A DNA stretch of 64,000 nucleotides. Origin: Octopus vulgaris. Taxonomy: Eukaryota. Where the stretch lies: assembly GCA_951406725.2 (NCBI GenBank), contig OX597829.1:51460001-51524000 (forward strand). Reading direction: 5' to 3'. Position 1 is the stretch's first letter; every line of letters begins with the position of its first letter. Below, in pieces: positions 27,608 to 38,770 of the stretch. The notes below the pieces were generated by a model that was not told the origin of the DNA, searched no databases, and worked only from the letters and a program-made list of their open reading frames with translations. The position numbers were made by a program, and so were the translations under genes.

Positions 27608-27829
27608 AATGTTACAGAGAGAGAGAGAGAGAGAGTCATTTAATATCCAGCTTCTATGCTTCTATGGATTGGAGGGTTTGACAGGATCCAATGAGCCAGG
27701 GGACTGCATTGAGCTCCAATGCCTGTTTTGGCTTGCTTCCAACGGCTGGATGTTCTTCCTAAAGCCATCCACTTTACAGCATGCAGGGCATTTTTTATGT
27801 GGTGCAGAGGTCTATGGTGAATAGGAGAG

Positions 27830-28880
27830 GACTAAGTTCTGGTGAACTCCTACCAGTACACTAAATTCATTACTATACTCTTCATTAACTCTCGCCTTAC
27901 TGACAGTACCCCTGAATGTGGCTTGTATGACTTTTATAAATCATTCTTCTACCCTTAGCATCTTCAAGGACAACCAATTGAATGAGTGACAGACCCTGTC
28001 GAAAGTTTTCTACAGGTTGACAAATAACTAGTAAAGTAGTCTATTTTTAGCTAAATACTTCTGTAGTTAATGGCTACTTTAATGTAGCTGTTCTCTAAGA
28101 GACACTGACACTGCCATTTAACCCCAGGAATACAACTCCAGCTGGTTCATACTATGCACTTCTGGCACCTGATATTTATTGCAAGAAACGCACTGAATAA
28201 ACCTGCTGGAGGTCATGCCTTCTTAGGGTTAAATGGCATTATCATTCCTCTTAGAGGACAGCCACATTAAAGTGGCCATAAGCAATACTTTTTGGTTCAT
28301 ATATTGCTTCTATCTCGAACAGAGATTTTCTAACAGACTTCTGTAGTTGTCTTACAAGAGGACATCAGAAGTACTTTTCCCTGGCACAAAATCAAACTGC
28401 ATCAATGCTTTTTCCCTAATTAGTTGAGCTGTATCTCAGTAATTTTCATGACTTAGTTCAGTAGTCTGATACCTCTTTCATTGCTTCTAAGTCATCTCTT
28501 TTACTCTTGTAACAGTTAACTATATAATGCTGCAAACCAGTTGTTAGCAATAACATCTTTCTATACAAACTAATTAACTATACAGGTGACTACGCTCTAT
28601 CCTCTTCTGCTAGATATTTTAAGTATCTCAGCAGTGATTTATAACAGACCAGGGACTTTTCCTGCCTTTATATTTTTTATTGCTTTATCTATCATAATGC
28701 TGTCAACTAAGATAACTGGTCTCTCTGTTCAGTCCACGATGAGAACACATCTTTCTCCTTTACATTCTCCACATTTAATAAACATTTCACAGAAACACTT
28801 CATTGCCTCTTTCTTTGCAGAATTACTAAATGCAGATGCATCTTCCTGCACTTCTAACCCACAACATCTCAATTCTCTCT
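27830..28880 (-). pseudogene. RTE-clade LINE RT fragment
   Basis: QFDFVPGKSTSD, LFVNL*KTFDRV and FSVLVGVHQ motifs. Heavily decayed. Confidence 0.75.
28071..28278. mobile_element. PIF/Harbinger (Tourist-like) MITE inserted in the RTE fragment
   Basis: TIR tggctactttaatgtagctg / cagccacattaaagtggcca with TAA on both flanks. Confidence 0.75.
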
Positions 28881-29259
28881 GATAGAAGAGAGCAACATCA
28901 AGGATGTATGAGTCTTTCAACCCATCAATGCAAAAGGACTTTGTAAGCTGTTTCAAATTTTTTCTTTCTGGAAGAAAATATCTTTTATTCCATTTTATTT
29001 TCACAAAAAAAAAAAAAATTAGCAGGAAGACTACTTTTTAGATTATCAAATATCCCTTGTTGAATATTTGACCAACCAAATTCAACATTTTTCTTGTGCA
29101 AATTCAAAAATATTTTGATCTTTGAGAATAATTTGGTAAATATCAACCATAAAAATTTACCATTCCGGAAAACAATCCTGTTTCTTTCTTAGATGTACAA
29201 AGTAGGACTGTCACTATTTCGTCTTCTGTTGCTACTGTGCCCAAATACATGACAAGCTT

Positions 29260-29530
29260 TGATACGAGTGTGTCACAGATTCGTTACTTGTAGATAATGA
29301 ACTTGGTACTGTTTAACTGCAATTCGTTAGCATGACATCCCTTGCCTTGTGTTGTGCAATTCACAAATTTTCTAATACATAATACTGAAAGTAAAGAAAT
29401 ATAAACAAAAATTCAGAAAACAGTGGGTCAAAAACCGAGTTTAAAGACTTGTTAAAAGCAGCAGTGAATGGTTTCAGTGAACCTCAATGCTGGGTGTGAA
29501 AGGGTAAGATAAATGTTAAAAGATTTGCAA
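29260..29530 (+). pseudogene. Second, inverted copy of the hAT 5' region (KVKKYKQKFRKQW)
   Basis: Aligns by eye to the reverse complement of ~25230-25500. Confidence 0.8.
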
Positions 29531-29599
29531 ACCAAACATTGAAGCTTTTTTGTGAAATGAAGTACTCCAAAATGATAACACTTCACTGTTAAGATATCA

Positions 29600-31080
29600 T
29601 CATCATTGTCGTCATTGTTGTCGTTGTCGTCATCGTCATTATCATCATTTAACGTCCATTGTCCATGCTGGCATGGGTTGGATGGTTTGACCAGGGCTGG
29701 AGAGCTGCACCAGACTCCAGTCTGATTTGGCATAGTTCCTATGGCTGGATACCTTTCCTAACACCAACCACTCTACAGAGTGTACTGGGTACTTTTATGT
29801 GGCACTGCACAGGTGCTTTTACATGGCACTGCCCTGAGTGCTTTTTACCACCAGAGGAACTGGCCTTAACACTTTTGCTACAGAGTATTGATCTTCTTGA
29901 GTACAGCAAGGTGCCAGGCATCTCGGCCATTTGTCATCTTGCCTGAAAGGTTCAGTGTCCTGAGGTCAATCTTCAGTACTTCATCCCATATCCTCCTGGG
30001 TCTCCCACTTCCACCTGTTCTATTCCCTTTAAGAGATTGATACTTCTTTATGGAACTGTTGGCATCCATCCACATTATATGACCAAAACAGCACTGTTGT
30101 CTCTCATGCACACAGCAACTAATTCCTCTTATGCCTAACTTCTCTCTCAAAACACTAATTCTCTATCGAACATGTACACTTACATTACACATCCAATACA
30201 GCATACTAGCCTCATTCCTTTCTAACCTTCGCATGTCCTCTGTATTCAGGGCCCGCGTCTCCCTAACCATGCAGAATTGCTGTCTATATACATGCATCAT
30301 ACAACCTTCTTTTCACTCAGAGAGAGAAACCGTTTGTTGCCAACAGAGGTAAAAGCTCTCTGAATTTCTTCCATCCTATTCTTATTCTAGCTATCACACT
30401 CTCCATGCAGAAGTTATCTGCTACCTCTAATGAGTCACCAGGACTTTTGAGAGAATCAATTTCTTGAGTCTCTAAAGTTTTTATGGATCCTCTGTATCTT
30501 CCACATACAAAAACTGTCTTCTCTGATAACCTTCTTATTAATCCACTGCACCTCTTGTGTGTCCATAGTTTACACTGGGAACACCATACAGAGTTCCTGC
30601 CTACACCATTCCTACAAATCGAACAGGGCCACCTGCCTGAAGCAAGTAAGGTCCTGTCAGTTTTCTTGCTTTCTAGGATCTTAGTCTTTGCTAAGTTAAC
30701 CTTAAGGCCCTTAGATTCCAGGTTCTGCTTCCACACTTGGAATTTCTCTTCTAACTCTGATATAGAATCTGCTATGAGGGCATGTAGTAGATCCCATGGT
30801 ACATCAGCATGTAGTAGATCCCATGGTACATCAGCATGTAGTAGATCCCAGGGTCTGCCAGTCTTGAATTCCTTTGTTATGGCCCGAAGGACAATGATGA
30901 AAAGGAAGGGAATAAGGACCAAGCCTTGATGAACCGCTACCTGTACATCAAATTCTTTGCTGAGCTTGTGGTTTAGTCTCACCTTACTGACAGCATCTTT
31001 GTACATCTTTATGGCCTGTACAACTTTCACCAGCTGCTCATCTATCCCTAGCTTCCTCAGAGCCCACCATATCACACAGC
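29600..31080 (-). mobile_element. 5'-truncated RTE-clade LINE: RT C-terminal half, PHD-like finger, 3' UTR and (GAT)n tail
   Basis: ORF 30317-31075: WWALRKLGIDE, VHQG, LKVNLAKTK, WPCSICRNGVGRNSVWCSQCKLWTHKRCSG, WKKFRELLPLL. Then REKLGIRGI and GRPRRIW. The 3' UTR equals the family C tail. Confidence 0.92.
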
Positions 31081-31482
31081 GAGGCAGCTGATAAGATATA
31101 TTTCTTTGAATTAATAGTCATATCACTCAGTCGATTCAATAAATCTTCATTGTCAGGTTCAATTCCTCTTGATAGTTGTATCCAAACATATGTCTTCCTG
31201 AAAGAATATTTTATTTTTTTTATAGCATTCTTCAGTCTTTCCTGTAGTATATTGAAAGATGGTATTTGCAGATTTTTATGCCAAAAATGTTTGTATTCAT
31301 CTCAACAAACCAACCAAGGTGTTAACAACTACTTGATTTTGGTGGAATGCAGCTCAAAGACTGAATTTTGCTGAGAAGAATTAAAGTTCAAATTTGTGAG
31401 AGAAAGACAGGTTCAAAATTAGTGGTTTACTAAAAGTTCAACCAGCTCTTGTAATTAATGCCTATCCTGTAGTCACCAGGTT

Positions 31483-31486
<4 letters not shown>

Positions 31487-31525
<39 letters not shown>

Positions 31526-31644
31526 CAACCACCACCACCGCCACTACTACTACTATGATGACGACGACGACCTCTACCACCACCACCACCACCACCACCA
31601 CCACCACCACCACCACCACCACACTGATTTTAGCCACCACACTA

Positions 31645-31675
<31 letters not shown>

Positions 31676-31737
31676 AAATATTGCTGCTGTTGCTACTGCC
31701 ACCACCACCACCACCACTACCACTGCTGCTGTTGCCA
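31487..31737. repeat. (CTA)n/(CCA)n/(CTG)n trinucleotide tract
   Basis: Directly visible. Confidence 0.95.
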
Positions 31738-31791
31738 GCTTGTACTACTTGGACATAATTGAATATTCTCTGTTAACATTTTAACATTTAA

Positions 31792-32012
31792 CCCTTTCAT
31801 TACTGTATTTATTTTGAGATGTTCTGTGTTTCTTTCAATTAATTTTGAATATAACAAAGAATTTAGTAAAATAACTTATTTATCATTAAGCTAGTGTTAG
31901 GAACATAAAATGTGACTAAGGTTTGGTGGAAGATTTAAATTCAAAATTTATGAAAACAAAACATTTGCACTCAGAACCAGAGCTGGTTTCAGCCGGGTTG
32001 GTAACGAAAGGG
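31792..32012 (-). mobile_element. piggyBac-type MITE
   Basis: TTAA|CCCTTTC...GAAAGGG|TTAA. Inverted homolog of 19252-19473. Confidence 0.8.
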
Positions 32013-32163
32013 TTAAACCAGCCTTATCTGGCTCAAGCAGCCTACCTGTTTTATGTTACATGGAGTTTTAAATACAAATGAGGAGTAAATATGCAGTGAA
32101 GAAAAGAAAAAAGAACATACTAACCAATAACTAATCTATTTTTCTGACATGTGCAAGAGACAA

Positions 32164-32206
32164 CTTTGGACATATTTCAGGCTTATTTTGACCTCATCAG
32201 CAAAAA
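32164..32206 (-). ncRNA. Minimal type I hammerhead ribozyme (Penelope pLTR-like context)
   Basis: ttttg-CTGATGA-ggtcaaaataagcct-GAAA-tatg-TC-caaag. Core intact, stem I 5 bp, stem II weak. Confidence 0.65.
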
Positions 32207-32569
32207 CATCAAGTTCACCATACTTGCTGAAATAGTGATGAAAGCATTAGTAAATATACAAAACTGTACAAAGGTGCTTTTATGGAGGTTGGCAGGTGGT
32301 TTACTAGAAACAACAGCCAAATTCCTCTCAAACCACACCTTACCTTAGAAAAAACAGAAGGACATGTTAGGTATTGTTATCCTGCATACAATGTCTTAAA
32401 TTAACCCATTAATGCATAATGTCTCCAAAATAGGACAGTCAGAAAATTGCACAATACAATGAAATACTAATTTACATTTTAAATATTGTCCATATTGACT
32501 TTCCATGAATCCCCTCTGTTTGAATAAAGATCTTTCATAACTTTTTTTTACCCAGCGTTATTTTTTATC

Positions 32570-32960
32570 TTTTATCTTTTACCTTTAACTTGTTTTTCAT
32601 TCAACTTTGCCCATGCTGTAGCATTCTCTGAAAAGGTTTAGTCAAACAAATCGACCCCAGTACTTCTTTTCTTGAAGTCTGATCTTATTTTCTATTGATC
32701 TCTTTTGCTAAATTGTTAAGTTATGGGGATGTAAACAAATCAACACCGGTTGTCAAGCAGTGATGGTGTGACAAACACAACACAAAGACACACACACACA
32801 TATGATGGGCTTCTTTCAGTTTCCGTCTACCAAATTCACTCACAAAGCATTGGTCGGCCCAAGGCTATAGTAGAAGACACTTGTCCAAGATGACATGCAG
32901 CGGAACGGAACCTGGAACCATGTGGTTGGTAAGCAAGCTACTTACCACACAGCCACTCCT
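32570..32960 (-). mobile_element. SINE-A full-length copy
   Basis: Head reads ggagtggctgtgtggtaagtagcttgc on the minus strand, and the tail is present. Confidence 0.85.
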
Positions 32961-33444
32961 GAATTTTATTTATAGTTAGTTTTATGAAGTTTTAGCATTC
33001 AGATTACTTTGTTAAATGCAATGCTTATTTACCCATGTCGTTTTGAATTAATCATGAATAATTATCTCTTAGCTTTGAAATTTTGATGATGTAACTGTTT
33101 AGTTTTAGAAAGACATTGTAGGGAAAGTGTAAGATGCCAAATCTGGCCAGTCTGGGCATAAAACAGGTTGAATATTTGGACTGGATATGACGGGATTAAA
33201 TGTTAAAGGGTCGGCCCTTTAGTACTGAGATTACTCTTTCGAATATAATGCTTATTTTTTCTCATTATTTTGAATTAATCACACATTATCTCATAGCTTT
33301 AAGATTTTGATCATGTTATTGTTTAATTTTAGAGAAATATTTTAGGGTAGGTGTGAGAGGCTGGATCTGGCACTTTCAGTATAAAACAGAAAGAATATTT
33401 GGGCTGGATAGGGTTAGTTTAAATGCTAAAGGGTTATATATCTA

Positions 33445-33855
33445 TTTTTACTATTTTACTTGTTTCAGTCATTTGACTGTGGCCATGCTGGAGCACCGCC
33501 TTTAGTCGAGCAAATTGACCCCAGGACTTATTCTTTGGAAGCCTAGTACTTATTTTATCGGTCTCCTTTTGTCGAACCGCTAAGTTACAAGGACGTATAC
33601 ACACCAGCATCTGTTGTCAAGTGATGTTGGGGGTACAAACACGGACACACAACATATACACACACACATATATATATATAAATACATATATATGATGGGC
33701 TTCTTTCAGTTTCCATCTACCAAATCCACTCACAAGGCTTTGGTCAGCTCAAGGCTATAGCGGAAGACACTCGCCCAAGGTGCCACGCAGTGGGACTGAA
33801 CCCGCAACCATGTGGTTGGTAAGCAAGCTACTTACCACACAGCCACTCCTATGCC
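33445..33855 (-). mobile_element. SINE-A full-length copy
   Basis: Same structure as 32570-32960, with more CpGs retained. Confidence 0.88.
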
Positions 33856-33971
33856 TATATATGTTAACACTAAAACTAAAGGTTACTTATTATTTTTCAG
33901 GTAAATGATATCTCTTGAATGACTTAATCAATCTTTAGATCTACTCACTTAGTGATGTTATGTGACATGCT

Positions 33972-34122
33972 AGCACTATTTTGTTGTGGTGGTGTAGCAC
34001 AGTCGTGCTACGCCCCAAACCCATGCTTCACTGCTGGGTCACATGTATCCTTCAACAGCCGGCAGCAATTGGATGTTTTGGGTGTAGTACGACTTTGCCA
34101 AGCCACCACAACAAAACAGTGC
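33972..34122. mobile_element. Palindromic MITE (partial inverted copy at 34867-34962)
   Basis: gcactattttgttgtggtgg ... ccaccacaacaaaacagtgc arms. Confidence 0.7.
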
Positions 34123-34201
34123 ATGTGCATGAAAAGGAAGGCAGTATAAATGCATTAAGCAGGAAAAAATTACAACCTGGCAACAAGCCCAAAGAGCCAG
34201 T

Positions 34202-34850
34202 TCATATGTAAACAGGCCAATAGACATGATGACCACTGTGGGCTGTTGTGATGTATGTTGGTGGAAGTGGGGGAAGGTGTGTGTAGCTGAGCTTGTGGTG
34301 AGTGTGATGGTGCAATATTTGTTTCCTGTTGTTTAGTGTACGAGGGAGGGAGTATAAGGCTTTGGTGTAAGAGGGTCTGTATAGGCCCACTTAAGTCTAT
34401 CAACCAAAGACTATTTTCTTGGGAACCATTCAAGCCTATGATGAAATATTTATCAGTGCATGCCAACATGCAATAAGGTCCTGAGTAAGGGGTGGAGAGT
34501 GAGAGGACTCCTCACTGTATCCTTATGTACAAAAATGTGAGTCCGTAAGGCAATAATGATCGGGAGTGAAGATTTTACTGTTTGATGTTGAGTACTCATT
34601 GCTGGAAGTTCTTGAAAATATGCGCAAGGGTGGGTAACATAAAGTGCCGGATCTTGAGTAGTAAGATCAGCTGGAGCAAGCATCTGTCCTGGCAAAGACA
34701 AGGGAGTGCCATAAAGCAGCTCAGATGGAGAGAAACCAAGGTCTTCCTTAACCGATGTTCGAATACCGAGAACAATAGGAAGATACTCGGTCCAATGCAG
34801 AGTGTCAAGAGAGGCTCACAAAGCAGCTTTCAGTTTGCAGGAGGGTATCT
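34202..34850 (-). pseudogene. Gypsy/Ty3 LTR-retrotransposon integrase C-terminus
   Basis: HWTEYLPIV-GIRTSVKEDLGFSPSELLYGTPLSLPGQ...THIFVHKDTVRSPL..PYSGPY...DRLK..SGHHVYWP (GPY/F domain). Frameshifted. Confidence 0.88.
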
Positions 34851-35432
34851 GCAGTGAGACGTGTTAGCACTATTTTGTTGCGGTGGCATAGCACAGTCGT
34901 GCTATGCCCAAAACATCCAATCACTGCTGGCCATGGAAGGATACATGTGACCCAGCAGTGAAGTGCAAATTTTGAGAAGCAATAACCAGTTCCTGAGAAG
35001 ACATTGAAATGTGAACACATCAGTTGTTCGTCCAAATGACAAAATGTTGCTGAATTAACACCAATCAGAAAACAGTATTCATACAACTGTGGGATTTCTA
35101 CCTCACCCCACGACATCTGCAAAACTCATTAGATATTTTAGATTTGCAGCCAAGTACCGAATCTAACTACCTTGATGTTTATTAAGGAATTAACTCATGT
35201 CTCACTACACCCTGTTGCCTTGAGCACTTATTTCTGATGTGCTTACTACTTTATGTGCGATCAAGGAATAAATCATTATGTTTATTAACCAAAAAAAACA
35301 TTGCCTTCTGATATTTATTGTTACCATCATGTATAACATACATTTATACATTTCAAACCTTCTTACATGCACACATCTAAATATACTTTTCTAAAGTGGT
35401 AATCCTAACTCTTAATTTTCCTCTTGTTACGG

Positions 35433-35490
35433 TGACAATATACACACAGGAAGGCTGTTTCAAAACATTACGCAATGTTCTGCTGTGGAA
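35433..35490 (+). CDS. Candidate exon 2 ((V)TIYTQEGCFKTLRNVLLW), non-canonical acceptor
   Basis: Branch-like cctaac and a pyrimidine tract end in ttacGG instead of ttacAG. Strong donor AA|GTGAGT. Phase 1-2 fits the neighbouring exons. Confidence 0.35.
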
Positions 35491-35594
35491 GTGAGTTTGA
35501 GAACAAAGAGAATAGACAGAAAATGCAGAAAGTAGGCAGACATCCTAAAAGTAAAATAATTGTGAAAAATTATTCCTAATAAGAGAATTTATAG

Positions 35595-35689
35595 CTGTTT
35601 TTGCCTGATGGTGACAGGAAACTCTCTTCTATCTTTTATTCAATTGCTGAGCAAGATCTCACTTCTAAAGGGCTTCCATTTTAAAACAG
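35595..35689 (+). CDS. Candidate exon 3 ((N)CFCLMVTGNSLLSFIQLLSKISLLKGFHFKT)
   Basis: tatag| acceptor (weak), CAG|GTAAAA donor, open in phase 2-1. Confidence 0.3.
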
Positions 35690-36184
35690 GTAAAACAGGT
35701 ATTAGTGTCAAGGGCTACCTTGTAAAATTTGAAATGTTTGTTTGGTAAGTAGTAGATATTTAACAATCCAAATGTAGACATGAAGCATTAGAAAGCTAAT
35801 TATAAATAGATAAGTGTGGTGTGTGAAAAAAGGTACAACACAGATGTGATATCAGCTTATCCACCTTTTAAATGCAAGGAAGATGGTAAAGATGATATTA
35901 AAAAAAGTTGTTTAGCGAGGAAAACAGTGCATGTGACCCACAGTACTATTCCAACTATGTGGTCAACAATTGCCTCTTTAGAGACCTGTAACCAATTGTA
36001 GTATGAAATAAATGGAAGCCCGTGGGAGCAAAAAGAGCTATGTGGTTTTGATGTTTTCTTTCCACTTGTGGTTCCTGTTTCAATCTCAGTGCACAGCCCT
36101 TTGGGAAAATGTATTCTGCCAAAGCCTCAGATTAACAAATGCTTTATGAGAGGAATTAAGATGATTGAAACTGTGGAAGATTGT

Positions 36185-36810
36185 CATACATACATACATG
36201 CATACATACATACATACATACATACATACATACATACATACATACATACATACATACATGCATGCATACATACATACATACATGCATGCATGCATGCATG
36301 CATGTATGTATGTATGTATGTATGTATGTATGTATGTATGTATGTATGTATGTATGTATGTATGTATGTATGTATGTATGTATGTATGTATGTATGTGCA
36401 TGTATGTATGTATGTATGTATGTATGTATGTATGTATGTATGTATGTATGCATGTATGAATATATGTATGTATGTATGCATGTATGCATCTATGTATGTA
36501 TGTATGTATGTATGTATGTATGTATGTATGTATGTATGCATGTATGAATATATGTATGTATGTATGCATGTATGTATGTATGTATGTATGCATGTATGTA
36601 TGTATGTATGTATGTATGTATGTATGTATGCATGTATGAATATATGTATGTATGTATGCATGTATGTATGTATGTATGTATGTATGTATGTATGTATGTA
36701 TGTATGTCTGTATGTATGTATGTATGTATGTATGTATGTATGTATGTATGCATGCATGCATGTATGTATGTATGTATGTATGTATGTATGTATGTATGTA
36801 TGTATGTATG

Positions 36811-36842
<32 letters not shown>

Positions 36843-36950
36843 TGTATGTATGTATGTATGTATGTATGCATGCATGTATGTATGTATGCATGCATGCATG
36901 TATGTATGTATGTATGTATGTATGCATGTATGCATGTATGCATATATGTA
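36185..36950. repeat. (CATA)n-(TGCA)n-(TATG)n inverted microsatellite
   Basis: The strand switches at ~36285-36302. Confidence 0.95.
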
Positions 36951-37034
36951 TAGCGGTGGTGCCCCAGCATGGCTGCGGCCTTCAGGCTAAAACATTATTA
37001 AGGATTTAAGGATTTAAGTCAGAGTAACAGACAG

Positions 37035-37372
37035 ACAGACACGCATCTTCATCCATTCTTGCCACATGACCATACCAGCGCAAACGTCTCTCTTGCACAC
37101 CACAACTGATGCTTCTTAGGTCCAACTTTTCTCTCAAAGTACTTACACTCTGTCGAGTATGAACACTGACATTACACATCCATCAGAGCATACTGGCTTC
37201 ATTTCTTGCGAGCTTACGCATATCCTCAGCAGTTACAGCCCATGTTTCACTACCATGTAGCATGGCTGTTCGTACACATGCGTCATACAGTCTGCCTTTT
37301 ACTCTGAGCAAGAGGCCTTTTGTCCCTAGCAGGGGTAAGAGCTCTCTGAACTTTGCCCGGACTATTCTTACT
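37035..37372 (-). pseudogene. RTE LINE C-terminal fragment
   Basis: KFRELLPLL..KGRLYDACVRTAMLHGSETWAV...RRLRWYGHVARM. Confidence 0.88.
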
Positions 37373-37567
37373 GACTGTTGCCAGTATCGCCTTACTAGCA
37401 CATGTGGTGGTGGCATGTGAAAAACAACATTCGAGTGTGGTTGTTGCCCGTGCCGCTAGACTGACTCCTGTGAGGGTACATGTAAAAAAAACCTTTTGAG
37501 CGAAGTCATTGCCAGTACCGCCTGACTGGCCCTCATGCAGGTAGGATGTAAAAGCACCCACTACACT

Positions 37568-37820
37568 ATATATATATGTATGTATGTATGAATGTATGTA
37601 TGTATGTATGTATGTATGTATGTATGTATGTATGTGTGCGTGTGTGTATGTATGCATGTATCTATGTATGTGTGTATGTATGCATGTATGTATGTATGTA
37701 TGTATGTATGTATGTATGTATGCATGTATGAATGTATGTATGTATGTATGTATGTATGTATGTATGTATGTATTCATGCATGTATGTATGTATGTATGTA
37801 TGTATGTATGTATGTATGTA

Positions 37821-37853
<33 letters not shown>

Positions 37854-38220
37854 ATTCATGCATGTATGTATGTATGTATGTATGTATGTATGTATGCATG
37901 CATATATGTATGTATGTGTGTATGTATGTATGTATGTATGTATGTATGTATGTATGTGTGTGTGTATGTGTGTGTGTATGTGTGTGTGTATGTATGTATG
38001 TGTGTATGTATGTATGTATGTATGTATGTATGTATGTATGTATTCATGCATGTATGTATGTATGTATGTATGTGTGTATGTATGTATGTGTGTATGTGTG
38101 TATGTATGCATGTATGTATGTATGTATGTATGTATGTATGTGTGTATGTATGTGTGTATGTATGTATGTATGTATGTAAGTATGTGTATGTATGTATGTA
38201 TGTATGCATGCATGCACACA
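37568..38220. repeat. (TATG)n/(TG)n microsatellite
   Basis: Directly visible. Confidence 0.96.
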
Positions 38221-38770
38221 CATAATGTAGCTCCAATTTTCTGAAGTTACTGTATTTGTTGTGGAGAAAAACAGCTGGGCTACATATTTCTCTGGGATTG
38301 GTCAAGTGATGTAGACACTTCCGATGAGAACCCAGTGCCCAGTGAAGTTTCAAAATTGGTTAAGGCTGTTTGCCATTCTTTCAATTTACAGAGAAATAAT
38401 TAGATTTGGCCTGTTTGTATATATATACTATATAGGTTTACATGTGTGTGTCTGTGTGTGTGGCTGCTAAAATATTACTAAGAAATTACAGTTGTTGATA
38501 CCATCAAATATGTTCCAAAATAAATATGTTCCTCTGAGGCTATGATAGAAATATTCAGTATTTAAGGAAGCATTAAGTAATATGGATTCAGTTACAGTCA
38601 GAATCGGTTTTTTTGTTTGTTTGTTTCATTTTATAATTCAGTCTACTTTGTATATTGGTGTCTAGAAGAAATTAGTTAAATAGTTATTTCTTATTCTCAT
38701 TTACAATGGCCAAAATAAATATGTATTTTCAAAAAATCTGTTACATGCGATAGAAGCAGTATTACATTAG

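Noticed and set aside
30317-31075. Active or domesticated reverse transcriptase
   Set aside because: 5'-truncated, YADD destroyed, and downstream frameshifts.
32151-32348. + strand exon (AYFDLISKNIK...)
   Set aside because: It overlaps the antisense hammerhead/pLTR and a dispersed repeat, with no convincing donor.
36068-38353. MYVC/HTYI ORFs up to 294 aa
   Set aside because: (TATG)n tetranucleotide artefacts on both strands.
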